From: Batkoa obscura
Lineage: Eukaryota
Length of the DNA: 64,000 bases
NCBI GenBank assembly: GCA_030770535.1
Contig: JASVEC010000002.1
Coordinates: forward strand, 1,984,001 to 2,048,000
Reading direction: 5' to 3'
Each line of letters opens with the position of its first letter. Positions within the stretch are counted from its first letter, which is position 1. The notes under the pieces are model-generated. The model ran no database searches. It saw nothing but the letters and a program-made list of their open reading frames with translations, and was not told the DNA's origin. Positions 27,301-40,322 of this stretch are shown here, piece by piece. The position numbers and the translations under genes were made by a program.

Positions 27301-29456
27301 TTAATTTAGTGAGCCAAATTTTTCATTCCACTCAATATAAAAATCTAATTCTTTAGGATCTACAGAAGCTCTTACTTGCTTTAAAGCCAATAAAAAATCA
27401 TTTAGTTCCATTGGTCGAACTTCATCCAGCTTGGCAGTAGCAATACAAGCAATACTACGAATAGGTCCAAGAGCAGCTTCACGACATAAGCCATCCATAT
27501 CCGATCCAGAATAACCCTGTGTAAGTTTTGCTACATGATCAATTTCCTCATCCGTAAGACCATGGGCTAAATTCTTTTTCAATAAATTTTCTATAATTTT
27601 CCTTCTACCGTTTTGTTCTGGCAATGGAATATACACTCGTTTTCGAAACCTTCGTCGTGCTGCTTCATCAATTTCTTGTGGTCGATTAGTAGCTCCAATA
27701 ACCAATACCCTATCATCTTCTGAAGTGGCACAACCATCTAGTTGAACCAAAAATTCTGTTTTGATACGCCTTGTTGCTTCTACTTCACCATCCGTTCTTT
27801 GTGTCAATAAAGAATCAATTTCATCTACAAATATAACTGAGGGTTGATGGCATCTTGCTACAGCAAATAGTGCCCGTACCATCTTTTCTCCATCGCCAAT
27901 CCATTTTGATGTTAACGATGATGAAGAGATAGAAAAAAAGGTTGCGTTACTTTGACTAGCAATACATTTACCTATCAACGTTTTACCTGTGCCTGGTGGT
28001 CCGAATAGTAAAAGGCCTTTGGGTGGACCCAAAAGTCCTTTAAATATATCTGGTCTTAGCATTGGCCATACAACAATCTCTTTAATTAAATTTTTGGCAT
28101 GATCCAATCCTGCAATATCGTCCCAGTCCAACTTTAAGTTATGGCTCATAATTTCATTCATAATCCTTTCAACCATTTGTGGCTCTACATTTTTTAATCG
28201 TGGATCAACTTCTTCATCTTTGTCATCTAAGTTAATTGTCTTCTTTTTCTTTTTACTCGAATCTAAATTGTATGAACTATAAATAGTTAAATATACTCTT
28301 ATAACAGTTCAAGTAAAGCTTACCTATATTCTTTTCTAATCTCTTCAAATTCGTCCTCTTCATCGGTATCTCTCTTTTTTGCTGGATTTACAAATGGTTT
28401 GTTGTTGTTGTAGCCATGATTTCTATTATTTGAACGAGAGTTCAAATCTGAAGTTGATTTCTTTTTGGAATTCATTTGCTTAGCAATAATAAATACACTG
28501 ATCATTAAATAAGTAAAATCAACTTACTAGTAACTGTTTTGCGGTTTTAAACTCTGTAGCACCATTCCTTCCTGATTCTGCTTCATCAGAATCATATTTC
28601 TTAGAAATCTTAATAATTAATAATAAACTTTTTAGTTGTTATTAAAATTACCTTTGGTGTGCTACTCGTCCTTCCCTGTTGTTTGTTATTCATAGGCTTT
28701 ATGTTAGCATTATCACTGCCATTGATAAAAATAAATAAAGTGGCTTTAAAATGTTAAGCTGTAAAATTATTACCTGTTAGTAATTACTGGTACATTAAAA
28801 TCAGCCAAGCTTTTAACTTTATATCTTTTTGGGAAAAACTATTGAATATCACGTAAATATCATACTAAAACTGTAATTACTCTTAAGCTTACCCTCAACG
28901 CGTATTCTGATAAACTACCTCTTTTTCCATTATCCTCCTGCTTAAATGCATCAAATAAAGAATAATTAACTTCCTGTCCACTCAGTTTAGAGGTTAATGG
29001 GTAAGTTAAAATGGATTCATTAAACTTAAGATGATCTTTATCATCAGGTTTGATTTCATTCCATAATTTTCTATGCTCTCTTAATAAGTCTAATTTCAAA
29101 TTATTTTTTTGAAGGTGTAGATCATTTAAAATTCTGTTCATAAATGGGATTCCTGATATTTTTTTACTCTTAGTATGTCCGTTATCTATCTTTTTTAAAC
29201 TTGCTTCCGATCTTGGAAATAACAACATCTTTGAATGCTCCAATTTATCACTAGCTGAATTGATATCCTTTAACGAAGATAGTAAATTATTTAATTTTTG
29301 CTCAGGAGAGTGATTCTCATCTACTGCTTTGAAACGCTCTACTTCTATTTTAGGTTGAAACTTTTTTGAGTTAAAATAACTTAACGATAGTGCTTCTTCT
29401 ACTTCCAACATTGCTTCATCAAATACATCCGCTAAATTTGGCTTTTTATTTTCCAT
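27301..29456 (-). CDS. FIGNL1: Fidgetin-like 1 AAA ATPase, multi-exon
   Basis: [81 protein letters not shown]. An upstream FKTAK motif is also present. Confidence 0.92.
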
Positions 29457-29956
29457 GTTATCAATCTTATTTTGACATTTAAGAAGTAAAATCCTTAAAA
29501 GTTTGATATTTAACAAAATTTACCATTTAAGGTAGAATTAATGCAAAAGAGGTACTGCGCAATAATCTGTATTGTGCTTATAACTGTTTTTCTATAGAGT
29601 GATTATTAATAGAATGTTAATAAAATAGACTATCCTAGTAGCTGGTATTAAAATTTATTTATTAACAGTTTGAAAATATAAGAGAAAAAATCCTCAATAT
29701 TTTATTAGACTTGTGTTATTAAAATAATATTTGACTATAATATTAAAATAGTTGAGGCTAAAAATGAGAAAAAAATTTATCTAGAACAAAAGCTAAAAAA
29801 CACTGATAAATCGTCATGACCAATAAAAAGGAAAAGGTATTTAGTGCTAAAATTAAGATAAGTTCAATTATGACTTTTAACATGAATCAAACAAAAGAAA
29901 CAAATAAAATAAGTTTAAACGAAATGGAAGCAAACAAATATCAAAGTATTAGACAA

Positions 29957-31406
29957 ATGTTGCCTGTTCAAAATAGTGCTATTTCAATTAAATGTATTGA
30001 TATATAATTTACAATTATGTTTTGTTAAAAATAAATTTTCTATAGGTAAATGTGGAGGTGAAGTTCGCAGAGTCACCATTCATAATGTCCCCACTTTTGA
30101 TGAGTAGCAATAATAGATTTAAAATAAGTTGTATTAACAAGCTTTAGACTTCTTTTTTTGGTTCATCGTCTGTTTAGAAGTAGACTCCCTGCCAATCTTA
30201 ATAATATCGTGTTGAAGTATATCGACGAAGGTAATGATTAATTTGATTCAAATTTATTCCATAATTGTGAATAAATTATGTATAGTGTTAATGATTTATT
30301 AATATTTTGATAGACAATGATCTAGTGTCAATAACTGATGATATTGATATCAACCATGCAATGGCTATATCAAATACTATTAAAATATTAGTATATGGTA
30401 ATGAGTATGTATAACATAGATACAATCATTAAACTTTATTTAGATCATGAAAAAAATCCATTCCCAGAATTACCGGCTCAACTTTCTAACTTTTATTCAA
30501 ATAATAATAAAATAAATACTTTAGATTTTTTAGAAGTTAGACAGGAAATAAGAGATATCAATAACAAGCTTGATCAATTATTTCACTCTTTGAAGAAGGA
30601 TGTAAAATCTGAAAGTAAATAAAATCATAACATCATAAATTATGTCTCTAACTATTTTATTAAAGATAATACAAAACATGATAACACACTTTCTAATTCT
30701 GATATGGGTAACAATTTTAGAGCCTTAAAAATATTAATCTTAATTTTATTTAGATCAACTTTTAGAGGGAACTAATGCTTTAAAGTTGGGAAATGCTTCA
30801 AATAATACTTCAGGAGGTCCTAACACGAATTCTCAAGAAGCTTTATCTTTGTCAAAACCCCAAACCTCTTATCCTCCCATCCCGCAACAATCAACTTATT
30901 CTGATAGCCCTCAAATATCTAGTAACATACAAAATTCTACACCCGCTTCTACTAATCAACAGAGTCAATATCCTCTAAATCAACAGCAATCAGCTCAACA
31001 TCAGCCAGCTCAACATCAACAAAATTCCTATCCACCTGTACAACAAAGTATTCCACTAAACCAAGTATCTATTGGACAAAATCAATCTCCATATCCCAGT
31101 AGCGGTCAACTTCCACCAAAGCAAGGTTATGGCCAGGGGTCTTATTATCCATCTTCTCATCAGTCTACTCCTCAATCTAACCCACAAGCCAGTGCTCCCT
31201 ATCCACCACAGAATAGTTTACCTCAACAACATCACCAATCTAGTTATCCACCTATTAGCAATAATTCTACTGCTTCTGCTCAATATGGCCATACTTCTTA
31301 TCCACCTACACCTTCCCATGTTTCTGGATATCCTCCACAATCATCTGGATACCCATCACAAGTCCCACCTAGCCCAGGAGTATATCCAAACCCTTATCGT
31401 AATTAA
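29957..31406 (+). CDS. TFG: TFG-like protein: PB1 domain, short coiled coil, Pro/Gln/Ser/Tyr-rich tail; multi-exon
   Basis: Spliced N-terminus ISIKCKCGGEVRRVTIHNVPTFDELLFLVHRLFRSRL...IVLKYIDEDNDLVSITDDIDINHA. Coiled coil EVRQEIRDINNKLDQLFHSL. Ends PGVYPNPYRN. Confidence 0.75.
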
Positions 31407-31475
31407 AATTGAATTATTTTAAACTTTAATAAAATTATATTTGATAACCCTTTTATGTTTAAGTTGCAATAAACT

Positions 31476-32423
31476 TTATTGAGAATACTCAGAGTTCCCA
31501 CCACATGCTTCAACTAGTTCCTCTTCTTCCTTTGTTAATCGTAAATCTATAGCATTAGAAATAAGATTCCTCCTAAACTCTAAAGAAGTATTAAACTCAT
31601 TAACGTCAAGTTTTTTACCACCCAATCGATGACCGTCTTCGTTTGCAGTATGCGAAGAATAGTAAGTGTTATTAGGATTATAAGTTTTTGCATTCGATGT
31701 TCTAGAGCCCTTTCCTTTTGTCCAGTCCAATTGAATTACTTCTTTGTTTAAGGTTCTATTTAACTCATGAAACTTAGCATCATGTTCTGAGTGAATCATA
31801 TGAGCTAACTCGTGCATTAATACCTTTTTAACTTGATTATAATTGACAAACCCAGTAAGATCATCCGTCCTTAATCTCAAAGCAATAACTTGTCCTTTGT
31901 TTTTATTGTAGCCCAAAATCTCCTTTTTAAGAGGTGATAACTCTATCAAGCTACCAACTTGCCACTGATATTTTTTCATTATTTCAACAACTCCTAAGTC
32001 TTGTTTTAATTTTAGCAGAAACTCATACGCCTTTTCTCGGTTTGGGAACTCTGATAAGGTTTCTAGTTTATGAAATGTATATTTGGATAACTTTTGCTCT
32101 TCAAAATTAACTTGCTTTCTAGGGGTTGCTGGAGCTACCGTTGCCTTTGGCCGCAAATATAACTCCTTTTCTACACGTTGTAAATTGGATATATCTTTAA
32201 TTGGTGTGGCTATCAATGTTACTTTTGATCCGTCTTTTAATGAGGTCTGATCTACCCTCTCTTCATCTTTTAATACCCTTTTATATACCAACTTTAAATA
32301 TTTCTCTTCAAGCTGAAGTTCTAAAGCTATTTGCTCTTTAATGTATGCTACTGTTGAATCAGAAATAACTTGTATTGATGTAGAGTTTCCTTTATATTGA
32401 ACTAATATGTTAAATGACTCCAT
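31476..32423 (-). CDS. Ubiquitin-like plus WLM (Wss1-like) zinc metalloprotease
   Basis: N-terminal UBL; ILGYNKNKGQVIALRLRTDD; HELAH...HDAKF; SHP-like GHRLGG and VIM-like RRNLISNAIDLR. Confidence 0.9.
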   Translation of the reverse strand: MESFNILVQYKGNSTSIQVISDSTVAYIKEQIALELQLEEKYLKLVYKRVLKDEERVDQTSLKDGSKVTLIATPIKDISNLQRVEKELYLRPKATVAPATPRKQVNFEEQKLSKYTFHKLETLSEFPNREKAYEFLLKLKQDLGVVEIMKKYQWQVGSLIELSPLKKEILGYNKNKGQVIALRLRTDDLTGFVNYNQVKKVLMHELAHMIHSEHDAKFHELNRTLNKEVIQLDWTKGKGSRTSNAKTYNPNNTYYSSHTANEDGHRLGGKKLDVNEFNTSLEFRRNLISNAIDLRLTKEEEELVEACGGNSEYSQ

Positions 32424-32597
32424 TTCAGTTTAAACCTATAAAAGCATTATTGTTCAGTTTTTGTTTATATATTGGTTGCTTAGTGACTTAATGATTTGAT
32501 TACAAATCTAAATTTTATTAGTAATTTTATATTGATCTGGTAAAATCCAAAAGGATCATGGTTTAAAATTTTTAACTAGAGGTAAATGCTACCAAGC

Positions 32598-32754
32598 ATA
32601 GTTGCTACAACTCTATTGAGATCTAGCTTGCGCTAATTTCTAGAGCTTGTAATTTGTTTATTTGACACCTAATCTTAGCTTTAGCCTAATTTTATTAAAA
32701 AAATATTTTTAATGAGTAGTTTAATCAGGTCGCAAATAGAGTTGCAGCAGCTAT
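32598..32754. mobile_element. Putative MITE family C with ~28-bp imperfect terminal inverted repeats
   Basis: atagttgctacaactctattgagatct is inverse to aggtcgcaaatagagttgcagcagctat. Single copy in the window. Confidence 0.55.
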
Positions 32755-33577
32755 ACATCAAATTAATTGCTATTTTCGAAAGTATATTTAACTAAAAGAG
32801 TCGTTATCTATAAGTTTAATTTTATATCACTATTTTTTATGGTACATTATTACATTGCTATTTACTCTAATAAATTGAATATCAGTCTATAATGTTCGAA
32901 ACAATCAATACCATTAGTATCATTACAATTATTTATAAAAACTTGTCTGCAGAATAAATTTATTTAATACAAATATAAACATAAAAAGTGATTGATAACA
33001 TTGAAGTTATGATATTTCAAATATAGCCCCACTTACATAATAAAATGCTTTTTTGTTTCGAAGCACCTACTTCTCCTCTATTTACGTTATAAGATACTTA
33101 AACATTTAGATGTATTTTAAGCATAAAGTTTTTGTTCAATAAGAATGTAGAATACTTTGGATATTTAGCTTAATAAAATTCATTATTATAATGAACCGAA
33201 TATTTGAATTGTAATCAGATTTAAAAACATTAACATTATTATGAACTAAATGAAATTATGAAATTTAAGACTTCAGAAGCAATACAGCTTTTTATATATA
33301 GTTTTATTCATTTAACTTATTTTAAAATAAACTTGTTTTTGGAAATAATTTAACTGTACCTTTGAATGAATTTTAGTAATGAAATCAAAATAAACTTAGA
33401 AAATAAAGTTAAAAAAAAAGCCAATAAAACCAAGAAACTTCAAACTTCAATATAGATGAACCAATGAAAAATGAAAGAGTCAGATTCCACGTAATAAAAT
33501 TTATAGGGTTCCAACTAACAAAGGATAATAAACAACCAAATTTCAAGATTCTATTTAAACTTCATAAAAAAAGTAAA

Positions 33578-36500
33578 ATGAAATTAAAAGAGATATCAAG
33601 AACTTCAACGATTGCATGGAGTCCAATACAAAGTTGCCAAGCTATTGTTACCGGTACTGTAGCTGGTGCTTTAGATGAAAATTTTTCTAATACTACTGAA
33701 CTGGAAATTTTTAAGCTGGACTGGGCTACTAAACAAACTGACTTAAATGAGCCCGCTGCTGTGGTTACTAGTAACGCTAGGTATTCAAAAATAGAGATAT
33801 TTTAAATTACTAATTTTAACATTGTAATATAGATTCAATCGCTTAACTTGGTCTTTACCACAATCAGATTATAACCTTGGTATTATTGCTGGTGGTATGG
33901 AAAATGGAGAAATAGATTTTTGGAACCCAGAAAAAATTCTTGCTGGTGAAGGGTAAATCAAAAAACTGATGTCATAAATTTTATACTAATTTGTTTTATT
34001 TTATTTTATAGCTCAGAAGCAAGTTTAATCTCTAGACAAAATAAACACAGTGGAGCTGTCAAAGGCTTAGAGTTCAATCCATTCCAAGCTAATTTATTAG
34101 CTTCTGGTGGTGGTAATGGAGAAGTAATTCATAATGTTTCATTCATTAAGTTAATAGTTTATAATCAAATAACTTTAGGTTTTTATTTGGAATTTAGGGG
34201 ACTTAACTAAACCATATAATCCTGGGCCAAAAAGTTCTAAACTTGGAGATGTAACTGATTTATCTTGGAACAAAAAAGTACCCCATATTTTAGCAACAAG
34301 CTCCAACTCTGGTTATACAGTTATTTGGGATTTAAAGAATCGTAGAGAAGTTATGTCTTTGGGTTATCAACAATCTGGAAACTCAAACTTTTCTCATGGT
34401 GGCGTTACTTCTGTTGCTTGGAATCCAGATTCCGTAAATTATTTCGTTGATTATTTTAGCTTTTACTCATTATTCTATTTTAGGCAACTCAATTAGTTAC
34501 TGCTTCTGAAGATGATAATAATCCTGTTATTATGCTATGGGATCTTAGAAATGCTAATGCACCAGAGAAAGTGTTTTCAGGCCATAACAAAGGTGTTTTA
34601 TCTTTAGCATGGTGTCCAATGGATTCCGATCTTTTATTAAGTTGTGGTAAAGATAACCGTAATATTTGCTGGAACCCAAAGAATGGTGAGATATTAGGAG
34701 AAGTAAGATAAATAACTACTAGTAAGTTTACTATCTAATCTATTTTTTTAGCTTCCTCAAAGTAACAACTGGGCTTTTGATATTCAATGGTCTCCACGTA
34801 ATCCAAATATACTGTCTTCTTCATCTTTTGATGGAAAGGTAAGTATTAATCTATTAACTGATTTTATTAACTAATTTTATTTAAGGTTACGATTCATTCT
34901 ATACTATCATCTGATGAAGAGAAAGTAAAAACAGAAGTAGAAAATAGCGAAGATTTTTTTAATTCTAATGTCAGTGCCAATACTACTACCTCAACCTTAA
35001 AATTAAAACAACCACCAAAATGGTTCCGTCGCCCAGTTGGTGCCTCTTTTGGATTTGGTGGTCAATTAACTAGATTTAATAATACAAAAGGCTCTATCAT
35101 CAGCGTTACTAATATTGTGTCTGAACCGGTCATTAAAGAAAGAGCAGAAGAATTGAAACAAGTTTTAGAACAAGAAAACATTGATGAATTTATTAACAAG
35201 AGAATAGAACAATCACCTGATGACAAACTTAGTTGGGATGTCATTAAGCTTTTATTTGAACAAGATTCACGCAAACAATTAGTTGATATGTTAATTAGTA
35301 ATAAAGATCTTTCTATTGAAAAACTAAATGAAGAATTAGCCAACTTTAACTTGGATAAGGGAAGCGAAGGTGCAGATGAGCCAAAAGAAGAAATAAAAGA
35401 GACTACTGAAGAAACAGCACAGCCAGATGAACTAGAAAATACCGAAGCAACTCAACAAGCTAATCAAGAAAGTAATAATCATCTATTTGGTGATAATGGT
35501 GACCATGAAGATGATTTCTTTAATAAAACTCACCAAACTCAAGAACAACCTATTGTCGGACAAACCGAAGACAAAAAGAATGAAATAATTTCAGACCCAT
35601 TTTCAATTATTGGCTCAAATTCAGATTTACAATCACTATTATCTAAACTAATTATTGTAGGAGATTATAAATCGGCTGTCAAAGCATGTCTCAATAATCA
35701 GCAATATGCTGATGCTTTGTTGATTGCCATGGTCAGTGGTAATGAGTTACTTGAAAAAACAAAAAATGAGATATTTAAATTACGCCGTAATGAAGCTTCC
35801 TATGTAAGATTATTAGAAGGTGTAGTCAATGGTAGCCTTGAGGATGTTGTACATAATGCTGATTTAGAAGAGTGGGAAAAGATATTGACCATGCTCTGTA
35901 CTTATGCCCAAGGAGAAGAGTTTGGTTTATTAACCGAGAAACTTGGTATTAGATTGGCTAATAGCCCCGATAAGAGTGAACATAAAAAGAACGCTCTTTT
36001 ATGTTTCTTATTATCAGGAAATATTGAAAAAGTAGTTACTATTTGGGTTTCTGATTATCTTTCTAAGCAAAATAATGTTTATCCAAATAGTCAATTGAAT
36101 GGTGAACAACCATCACCTTCAAACCAGATGTTTTATGATAGTAACATTTTACAAGAATTAGTTGAAAAAGTATCTTTATATATTAAAGCAGTCAACTTTG
36201 CAAGTGCCGAAAATGAGCAAGAGATTGAAAAGAATAAGAAACTGAATACTCTTTATTCACTTTATTATGAGTATGCTCAATTTTTAGTTTCTCAAGGTTT
36301 ATTGGATATTGCTGCCAAGTATCTCAATATGATTCCATTAAGCTATAGAAAAGAGACAAATGAAGATTCCTTAGATGAGTATTCAGCACTTAAGTATCGT
36401 TTATACTACTCTGGCGTTGATATAAGTTCATTTGATCCATCCTCTTTCCCATTTAATTATATTGAAATTGGTGGCAGCACTGGTACTAATAATAGTAATG

Positions 36501-38026
36501 TCGCTCAACAACAATACACTCAACCAAAAGCAACAAGCTATAGCAATACTGCTAGTCAATATCCACCTACTGCACAAGAACCTTATTACGGTGGTGGCTA
36601 TCAATTATATAGCAATGCTGGTTTAGATCAAAGTTCAACCAACCAGCCGTACAATATAACTCCATTAGATCAAACCTCAACTAATCAATTGTATAACCCA
36701 ACTGGTTTAGGTCAAACTTCTGCCAATTCATTGTACAATACAAATACTACTGCAAATAACTCAGATATATCTAGTTTATATAACCCATATCCAAATTATC
36801 CACCAACTAATACTAATACTCTCAATAATAACGCATATCCAAACTATGATAATAATAGTATCAATGAAATTCAAGAAAGTGTTACTCCACCTTCAGTACA
36901 GCGTGGTGGACCAGGATGGAATGATCCACCAACAGAAGTATTTGCTAATAAACATAAGAGCAATGCTAACAAAGCTTCAGCTTTAACTAATCCATTTGCT
37001 AATTCACCGTCACCAATGAATAGTATGCCTGTTCCGAACCATCAAAATACTTCAGCACCACCAGCCTATGGAGGAGTTAACAAAAACTTACCACCACCAC
37101 CAAAAGGCGGAAAGGCACCTACACCATTCTATCAGCATAAAGAACAAAACGTTAATCCTAATGTAAATCAAAACATTGGATTCCAACCACCCCTACCACC
37201 ACAACATCATCAATCACAGCAACCTCCATCTCATTTACCACCCCAACAACATAATCAACAACAGCAACCTATATCCCACATGCCACCACCACCACAACAA
37301 AAACCCTTATATCAAACAAATCCAGTTAAACCAACTCATTCTGCACCACCATCTCAACCTGCTCAAAGAGTGCCTTCTGGACAACCAGGACAGGTACCAG
37401 GACATGCACCAGGACGTAACCCACAACAACCTTTCCATCAACAACAACAATCACGTCAACAACCTTTCCAACAACAACAACAACAACAATCATCAGCTGT
37501 ATTGTCACCACCTCAAGCTAAACAAAACGGTGATTTAATTATTAATTATATTAAGTTTAATATTAATAATTTGTAGTATCATTAGATAGAAGTAAAATGC
37601 CACCAAAATATAAGGAATTATATGAAATGTTAAATAAACATATTGTTACATTTAAAAGTTTAGCTTTGGTAAGTCTATTTAATAAAGATATTTAGTATAA
37701 ATTAATTTATTAATTTATAGCCGCCACTCCAAATGAAAATGTTTGCTGATGTTGAAAAACGATTGAATCAATTGTTTGATAGTATGAATCAAGATACTTT
37801 AGCTCCTTCAATTTTATCTCCTTTAACCGAGTTTGCTAAAGGTAAGTTTTAATATTATCATATCATTAAATATATAATGCTGATATCCTTTATAGCCCTT
37901 GATAGAAAAGATTATGCCAATGCTATCTCCTTACATTCTCAATTAGTATCTACTCATGTTGATCAAGTTGGACCTTGGGTCGCTGGTTTAAAACATTTAG
38001 TTACTTTATTGAGATCCAAACCTTAA
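33578..38026 (+). CDS. SEC31: COPII outer coat protein Sec31, multi-exon
   Basis: [16 protein letters not shown]...[14 protein letters not shown]40 exons, [19 protein letters not shown], Pro-rich region with GWNDPP, C-terminal [11 protein letters not shown]...WVAGLKHL. Confidence 0.96.
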
Positions 38027-38648
38027 ATTGAAAGTTTAGGCCTAATATGATATACTCTACTCTCTTCTTGAACATCCCTTATGAAAAGTCTTAGTAACAA
38101 ATAAATAGTACTTTGTTATATAGTTTTTTGCCAGTTTTAGTTTTTTCAATATTTTTCTAGTTTATTTAAATTTAAATAAAAAGAATTGTATTTATTCATT
38201 AATCATATATCTTGGAGATACTAAGTATATTAAAATAGGTATTTAAAATTTCATACTAATATTATGGTCTAACATTTAAAAGTAGCTATAATTAATCTAT
38301 TGGTTTTATATTTTAAAATCTAATACAATATTTAAATTGCTTAATCATGATCATTTAAATTTATTAAATTAATAAATTCTTCTAGATTTTACTAGAATAA
38401 AATTAAGTTTAAGCCTACCAATAAAGGCTTACCAGCAATTCAAGAATAACGTTGAACTCGCAGCTTCAATGTCATCGAAGCTTTGCAATTTATCCAAAAA
38501 TCAACAAATCAAGACTACTAATTTAAAACAATAACAATTTCGATCTAAGCAAATAAGCAAATTCGAGAGGTGACTAACTATATAAAGGATGAAGAAAAAC
38601 TGGATTTGAAGTTTTTAATAAAGTAAAATTTGATAAAATTAATAAAAC

Positions 38649-39143
38649 ATGGAAGATTGGGATAAAGTCACTGTAATTCGTAAACGTCCAGAACGTGCTA
38701 CTGTAGCTAAAGGAGCATCAGCTGTTAATCAAGCCTTCCGTGCTGGTGGTGTATCTACTGAAAAGAAATGTAAGTATTAATATTTTATAAAAAAGCTATT
38801 GATGTTGAAAAACTAAATTAAATTTTCCTTAGTCACCGGAGGTTCTAATAAATCCGCCGATGCTGAATTTCAACGTAAAGCTAAAATTGATGCTGAAACA
38901 GATGCGGTTGCTCCAGCTTTGTTAAGCTTAGATGTTGGTAAAACAATTCAAAAATTTCGACAAGAAAAAGGGTTAACGCAAAAAGACCTTGCTACAAAAG
39001 TCAACGAAAAAGCTAATATTATTAATGATTATGAAATGGGTCGTGCTCAACCTAATCAACAATTGCTCGGTAAACTTGAACGTGTGTTAGGCGTTAAATT
39101 AAGAGGGAAAGATATTGGTGGGCCATTGTTTAAGAAGAAATAA
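38649..39143 (+). CDS. MBF1: Multiprotein bridging factor 1, 2 exons
   Basis: [13 protein letters not shown] and an HTH segment [12 protein letters not shown]...[28 protein letters not shown]. Confidence 0.96.
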
Positions 39144-39457
39144 GTTATTTTTTTTGAGTACTTTTTTTGGAGATTAAAAGAATTAGATTTTTTTGAAGTT
39201 TAAAAATATTTCTTACTATTTTGCTATACTACTACTTTATTATATTACTTTATTAAGATTTATTGTACTTTATCATCACTCAATTCGTTTCATATTAGTT
39301 GTCAAATTTATTAACCAAAATTGTGGAAAAAATGTGACAGTTGATATGAAACAAACCGAGTATGATTTAACATTTTAAGTGAAATTAAATTTCATGAAAA
39401 ATTCAATCAAATTTAATTTGGTAATTCGACTTAAAATTTCTTGGTTAGTTTTACAAA

Positions 39458-40012
39458 ATGATACAACTAAATGAAGTAAAGAATTAAATAAAAACAAAAA
39501 TTAACAATACTAATAAACTACCATAAAGATACCAATAAATTATGTAATAGCCTCCATAATAGTTGTAGGTTTAGGTTACTATTTATTAAATATCAATGAT
39601 AAGAAAGTGAAAACTAAAAAAGTGGAGGTAACTCATTACAATCTATTTTTTAAAAAAAATAGTAAATCTAATTCCCCTATCGCAGCCCGAGTTAACAGAA
39701 GAAGAACGTCACATAAAGAAGCTTAACTCTATAAAAGCTGATAGTGAAGGTAAAATTGAGTTGATCTACCCTAAATTTATCACCAAATTAGATTTATATA
39801 AAGCTGGTGAAAAAACTGCAAAGTTAAAAGAAGAGATTAAATTAGACCACGTTAAATTAAGTGAACTGCTATTAACCAATTTAATTAAACTGGATGATAT
39901 TGAGTGTACTCATTTACCTGAAGTAAGAAGTCAAAGGAAATTAGTGATTAAATTTATTCAAGAAAAAATCAAAGAGATTGACCAATTGTGGGCTGAAATT
40001 AAAGAGGATTAA
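39458..40012 (+). CDS. Small N-terminally membrane-anchored BAG-domain co-chaperone (Snl1-like architecture), 3 exons
   Basis: Spliced MIQLNEIPINYVIASIIVVGLGYYLL (TM segment), then LSELLLTNLIKLDDIE...VRSQRKLVIKFIQ (BAG). Confidence 0.8.
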
Positions 40013-40322
40013 AAAAATAAAAAGATTCTTTGAATATGTGAGTGATAAAGGACATTTGTTATTATCTATTTTATTTATTTTATCGAATAGCTAAAAAAAT
40101 ACTGTTCATTTTAGTTTTTTTTATCATATTACTCTTCTATACTTGTTTAATTTTATTATATTCTCTTATTATACTTATTAGTAATAAATCCTAGCATTAA
40201 ATGCGAGAAATGGCACCAATGACAACATATTGCTAAAAAGTGACACCATTCGAAAAAAACCAGTATAAAAACTCAATAACTTACGTGGCAAAAAATTTAA
40301 TTATTTTTTATAAGCAATCCAA

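Noticed and set aside
33461..33491. ERSE-like CCAAT...CCACG upstream of SEC31
   Set aside because: The spacer is 21 nt, not the canonical 9.
39458..40012. Functional link between the Snl1-like BAG gene and the Nup116-like gene
   Set aside because: They are 26 kb apart with many unrelated genes between; a yeast genetic interaction is not evidence of clustering here.
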